64,000 nt of DNA from an uncultured Bacillota bacterium (GTDB lineage Bacteria; Sysuimicrobiota; Sysuimicrobiia; Sysuimicrobiales; Segetimicrobiaceae), in NCBI GenBank assembly GCA_963804645.1, contig CAWDRG010000009.1:128001-192000 (forward strand), written 5' to 3'. Every line of letters begins with the position of its first letter. Positions within the stretch are counted from its first letter, which is position 1. Made by a program: the position numbers and the translations under genes. The notes below the pieces were generated by a model. The model did not search any database and was not told the DNA's origin. It saw only the letters and a list, made by a program, of their open reading frames with translations. Below are positions 60,428-64,000 of this stretch, piece by piece.

Positions 60428-60598
60428 ATGACGACACGTAGCGAGCCCGCCGCTGAGGCCACAGAAGATCCCATGATGGTCTTCGGGGAGCGTAGGCGCG
60501 GGTGGTTCTTGTCGCTCCTGCCCAAAGGGTTCACGGTGGAAGCGGCGGCGCGCCGGGCAGGGGTCAGTAAGAACCTGCTTCGTCTGACGCCGGCGTGA
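60428..60598 (+). pseudogene. Short HTH fragment, mobile-element-like
   Basis: Manual translation, 56 aa: ...FLSLLPKGFTVEAAARRAGVSKNLL. Confidence 0.45.
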
Positions 60599-60716
60599 CG
60601 CCGAGTTTCGGGACTCCTGGCGCTATGCAGTCATGGACGCGAAGCTCGGAGCGTACAGGCATTTGCAGAACGATGGGTCGCGCGATGCGTAACCGCGCGG
60701 AAACCATTGACAAATA

Positions 60717-60761
60717 TGGTGGAGACGGCGGGACTTGAACCCGCGACCCCCTGCTTGCAAA
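60717..60761 (-). pseudogene. tRNA-Ala(TGC) 3' half, att-like remnant
   Basis: Minus strand TT-TGC-AA-GCAGG-GGGTC-GCGGG-TTCAAGT-CCCGC-CGTCTCC-ACCA; 5' half missing. Confidence 0.82.
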
Positions 60762-60974
60762 CAAGATCCGCGTAGTGGTGCCCCGTGCACCTCCGTGTAC
60801 GTAGGTCTTGTCCTGTAAGCGCTTCCGCGTAGCGCATTATCGGCTTGTGCTGGCCTGTGCAGCTGAGTTTGGCTCCGTAGATTAGCAAAGGATTAGTAGA
60901 ACGTGAGGCACTCTGGCCGCGCGAGCCCTTCATGTCCGCCATGCCACACGGGCATGCCGGCGCCACGCCAGGCC

Positions 60975-61255
60975 GAACCCGAGGAGGACATGGCGTTCTA
61001 AGGGATCTTCGGCATCGCGCTCGTCGCCGGAGCGGTCCTGGTTGCGCTCGCCTCCAATCTGGTCACCTTGAGTGTCGGCATCGAGGTCATGAACGCCCTG
61101 CTGTTGCCCCTGGTGCTTGGATTTCTGGTGACGCTAGCCTTCGGGGCGCTGCCGGCGCAACACTGTTTTCGCGACCCATCCCGTTGGGTTGTCGTCGGCG
61201 TCGCCCCACTCACGGCGGGGCTGAGCGTGCACTTCGGGTTGACCGGAGTGCGAGG
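60975..61255 (+). pseudogene. C-terminal fragment of an Nramp-like metal transporter
   Basis: AF*GIFGIALVAGAVLV...LVTLSVGIEVMNALLLPLVLGFL..LA..ALP; internal stop and no N-terminus. Confidence 0.6.
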
Positions 61256-61306
61256 GTTTGGAGGGTACCGCACCGATCCAACAGCGCCCATACGAGCCGG
61301 GTCAAG

Positions 61307-62395
61307 TCATGCTGCCATCTCATACCAGACGCGAGTGCGGTTGACGATCCAGACCACCATGAGCATAACCGGGACTTCCACTAGTACCCCCACGACCGTC
61401 GCCAGGGCGGCGCCCGAATTGAAACCGAAGAGGCTGATGGCGGTCGCCACCGCCAGTTCAAAGAAGTTGCTGGCACCGATCAAGGCGGACGGTCCGGCCA
61501 CACAATGGGGCACGCGGAGGCGGCGGTTCAGGAGATACGCGAGACCCGAGTTGAAGAAGACCTGGATGACGATCGGGACGGCCAGCATGACGATCACCAA
61601 GGGCTGGTGCAAGATCCGGCCCCCCTGGAAGGCGAACAGCAGGATCAGGGTCGCCAGCAGTGCGACCAAAGACACGGGATTCAGGCGGGCAAGCGTGCGC
61701 TCGAGGACGCCCGGGCCAGCGCCGAGCATGGCACGGCGCCAGAGTTGGGCGAGGATCACCGGGACGACGATGTAGAGCAGCACGGAGAGGAGGAGCGTAT
61801 CCCAAGGGACGGTGATGGCCGAGAGGCCCAGCAGCAGCCCCACGATGGGGGCAAAGGCGACGATCATGATGGCGTCGTTGAGGGCGACCTGGCTCAGGGT
61901 GAAGTGCGGCTCGCCACGGGCGAGATGACTCCACACGAACACCATGGCGGTGCAGGGCGCCGCGGCCAGCAGAATCAAGCCGGCGATGTAGCTGTTGGCT
62001 TGATCCGGCGCCAGCCAGGGCGCGAAGACGTGCCGGACGAAGATCCACCCGAGCAACGCCATCGAGAACGGCTTGACGCCCCAGTTCACGAACAGCGTGA
62101 CGATGATGCCGCGCCATTGAGCGCGCACCTGCGCGAGCGCGCCAAAGTCGATCTTGAGCAACATGGGAATGATCATGGCCCAGATGAGCGCTGCCACCGG
62201 CAGATTGACCTGGGCGATGGCGAGGCGGCCCACGGTTTGCACGGGCCCGGCCAGGAACTCGCCCGTCAGGATCCCGGCGGCCATGCAGGCGAAGACCCAC
62301 AGGGTGAGGTACCGTTCGAAGACGCTCATGCCCATCACGGGGGCGGGGAACCCCACCGCGCCGTCGAGCTCCAGGGGCGAGGACCTCGTCGTCAC
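61307..62395 (-). CDS. acr3: ACR3-family arsenite efflux permease
   Basis: FERYLTLWV, NWGVKPFSM, APCTAMVFVWS, GASNFFELAVA, VVGVLVEVPVM. Confidence 0.96.
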   Translation of the reverse strand: MTTRSSPLELDGAVGFPAPVMGMSVFERYLTLWVFACMAAGILTGEFLAGPVQTVGRLAIAQVNLPVAALIWAMIIPMLLKIDFGALAQVRAQWRGIIVTLFVNWGVKPFSMALLGWIFVRHVFAPWLAPDQANSYIAGLILLAAAPCTAMVFVWSHLARGEPHFTLSQVALNDAIMIVAFAPIVGLLLGLSAITVPWDTLLLSVLLYIVVPVILAQLWRRAMLGAGPGVLERTLARLNPVSLVALLATLILLFAFQGGRILHQPLVIVMLAVPIVIQVFFNSGLAYLLNRRLRVPHCVAGPSALIGASNFFELAVATAISLFGFNSGAALATVVGVLVEVPVMLMVVWIVNRTRVWYEMAA

Positions 62396-62844
62396 GCCCG
62401 CGATGGCTTTGCGTTCCGCTCGATGATTGGCAGGAGAAGGCGGATTCTGGTCGCCAGTTCAGTGGCGACTTTTCGAAAGGCACGATAGCGATCGTCCTCG
62501 GACCCGGAGACGGCCGCGGGGTCGTCAAAGCTCCAATGGATCCGTTCGGGATCACCGGGGAACACGGGACAGGTCTCCCGGGCGCGATCGCAGACGGTGA
62601 TCACGTAGTCGAAGTGTTGGCCGACAAACTCGTCGAGATGCTTCGAGCGCTGCCCGCTGATGTCGGTGTCCAAGAGACGACGGACGACGTCCACCGCGAG
62701 CGGGTGAATGTGCGACGGCTCGGTGCCCGCGCTATCGACGTCCACGGTGCTGCGACTCAGGTGGCGCAGGATCCCTTTGGCCATTTGCGATCGTGCCGCA
62801 TTGTGCGTGCAGAGAAAGAGCACGCGTGGCTTCGGTGCTGTCAT
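62392..62844 (-). CDS. arsC: Thioredoxin-coupled arsenate reductase (LMW-PTP fold)
   Basis: VLFLCTHNAARSQMA, SAGT, ITVCD...CPVFPG, HWSFDDP. Confidence 0.9.
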   Translation of the reverse strand: MTAPKPRVLFLCTHNAARSQMAKGILRHLSRSTVDVDSAGTEPSHIHPLAVDVVRRLLDTDISGQRSKHLDEFVGQHFDYVITVCDRARETCPVFPGDPERIHWSFDDPAAVSGSEDDRYRAFRKVATELATRIRLLLPIIERNAKPSRA

Positions 62845-62876
62845 GTCACCGCCTCCGTGGAGTCCGTGCTCCAGCG

Positions 62877-63689
62877 TCACACCGCTGCGGGCTTCCGAGC
62901 GCGCACGAACGCGCTCATGAATCTCTCGCGGACCAGTGGCGCGATGGTGTCTACATCCAGCCCATGGCCGGCCAGGAACGCACGGGCGTCATCGATGGTG
63001 TAGATGCGCGTCGGCTCGATGCTCACCGCTTCGAATCCGGCCTGCGTGAGCTTGGCCACATAGTCGGTCTCGTCCAACGCGCCGGCGACGCAGCCGACCC
63101 AGAGCTCCATGCTCCGACGGATCTCGACGGGCACGGGCCCCCGGACGACGACGTCCGACACTGCGAGCCGCCCGCCTGGCTTGAGCACCCGGAACGCCTC
63201 AGCGAAGACCCGCTCTTTCTCGGCGGAGAGGTTGATCACACAATTGGAGATGACGACGTCCACGGAGTGGTCGGGTAGCGGGATGTGCTCGATCTCACCC
63301 TTGAGAAACTCGACGTTCTCCACGCGGGCCTTGCGCTGGTTCTCCCGAGCCAACGCCAGCATCTCGTCCGTCATGTCGAGGCCGTACGCTTTTCCGGTCG
63401 GGCCCACGCGCGCGGCGGAGAGCAAGACATCGATCCCACCACCAGAGCCGAGGTCGAGGACGACCTCTCCCGCCGCCAGCTGCGCCAAGGCCGTGGGATT
63501 GCCGCATCCAAGCGAGGCCTGCACGGCTTCGGCAGGAAGGCGCGCAGTTTCGGCACGGTCATAGAGATTCGACGTGATGGGATCCGACGCGCTCCCGCAG
63601 CATGCGCTGCTGCAACATCCCGCGCCGTCTGTTCCCACTCGGCGGGCCGCGTCCGCGTATTTCTCGCGAACAACGTCTTTAAGATCCAT
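62877..63689 (-). CDS. arsM: Arsenite S-adenosylmethyltransferase
   Basis: VREKY...CC..CC, SLGCGNP, VLDLGSGGGID, ISNCVINL, WVGCVAGA; GGAGG RBS before ATG 63689. Confidence 0.95.
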   Translation of the reverse strand: MDLKDVVREKYADAARRVGTDGAGCCSSACCGSASDPITSNLYDRAETARLPAEAVQASLGCGNPTALAQLAAGEVVLDLGSGGGIDVLLSAARVGPTGKAYGLDMTDEMLALARENQRKARVENVEFLKGEIEHIPLPDHSVDVVISNCVINLSAEKERVFAEAFRVLKPGGRLAVSDVVVRGPVPVEIRRSMELWVGCVAGALDETDYVAKLTQAGFEAVSIEPTRIYTIDDARAFLAGHGLDVDTIAPLVRERFMSAFVRARKPAAV

Positions 63690-63694
63690 ACTCG

Positions 63695-64000
63695 TCACCT
63701 CCGCGCGGATTCCCGCTCTTTCCGAAATTGCTTGCCGATCCACACGATCTCTTGGGGCTTCACGGCACGGTTCAGGGTGCAGCATTCTGCATACAGAAAC
63801 CCCAGGAGGTCTCGGAGTGTGTCCGTGTTCGCCGCGTACCGTAGATATGTGCCCTCGCGGGTCACCGTGACCAGCGCCTCCTGTCGGAGTTTGTCGAGGT
63901 GGTGCGAAAGCGTCGAGTTCGGGATGTCGAGCGCCGGCCTGAATGTCGCCGACGACCATGCCGTCGGGATGGGCGGCCAGCAACAAGCGGAGGATCCGGA
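63695..64000 (-). CDS. arsR: ArsR/SmtB repressor with C-terminal Cys-Cys (5'-truncated; +1 frameshift near 63935)
   Basis: RILRLLLAAHPDGMVVGDIQ, then shifted frame LDIPNSTLSHHLDKL...FLYAECC. Confidence 0.88.
   Translation of the reverse strand, partial: SGSSACCWPPIPTAWSSATFRPALDIPNSTLSHHLDKLRQEALVTVTREGTYLRYAANTDTLRDLLGFLYAECCTLNRAVKPQEIVWIGKQFRKERESARR

Noticed and set aside
60717..60800. Intact tRNA genes here and at 50068/54479
   Set aside because: No D-arm, no 5' acceptor strand and an unpaired anticodon stem.
62877..63986. Apparent ArsR-ArsM fusion
   Set aside because: Caused by a +1 indel near 63935; arsR has its own stop at 63695 and arsM its own RBS and ATG.
1..64000. CRISPR array, rRNA, integrase or defence genes
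   Set aside because: No repeat-spacer periodicity, rRNA-like sequence or recognisable motifs seen.
42500..64000. Programmed frameshifting or phase variation
   Set aside because: No slippery heptamers or long simple repeats at the sites, and the duplicate copies disagree.

Overview
High-GC bacterial window with four parts. (1) 1-32 kb: a compact minus-strand flagellar supercluster from flgB to a truncated fliS, headed by an XRE-HTH/TPR regulator. It combines an Actinobacteria/Firmicutes-like gene order (flbD present) with L- and P-ring genes. Atypical components are a lytic transglycosylase-FliK fusion, FliM without the CheY-binding peptide, FlgH without a lipobox, a divergent sigma28, and no flhF/flhG/fliW/csrA/che genes. 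(2) 32.5-40.3 kb: a non-canonical Sdh/Frd-like complex with a split class I fumarase/tartrate dehydratase, a SelA/DgaE-like PLP enzyme and sthA. (3) 40.5-50 kb: methyltransferase, cyclophilin, SulP, a large Tat-exported LVIVD-like propeller protein and three type IV minor-pilin-like genes. (4) 50-64 kb: accessory DNA delimited by tRNA-Ala 3' remnants, with a 4.4 kb tandem duplication (pilin tail, YSC84 protein, arylsulfatase), an IS701 end, a repeat propeller protein, an Nramp fragment and arsR-arsM-arsC-acr3. At least eight single-base indels break genes beyond 42 kb and are probably sequencing or assembly errors. All assignments come from motif recognition by eye; no database searches were run.
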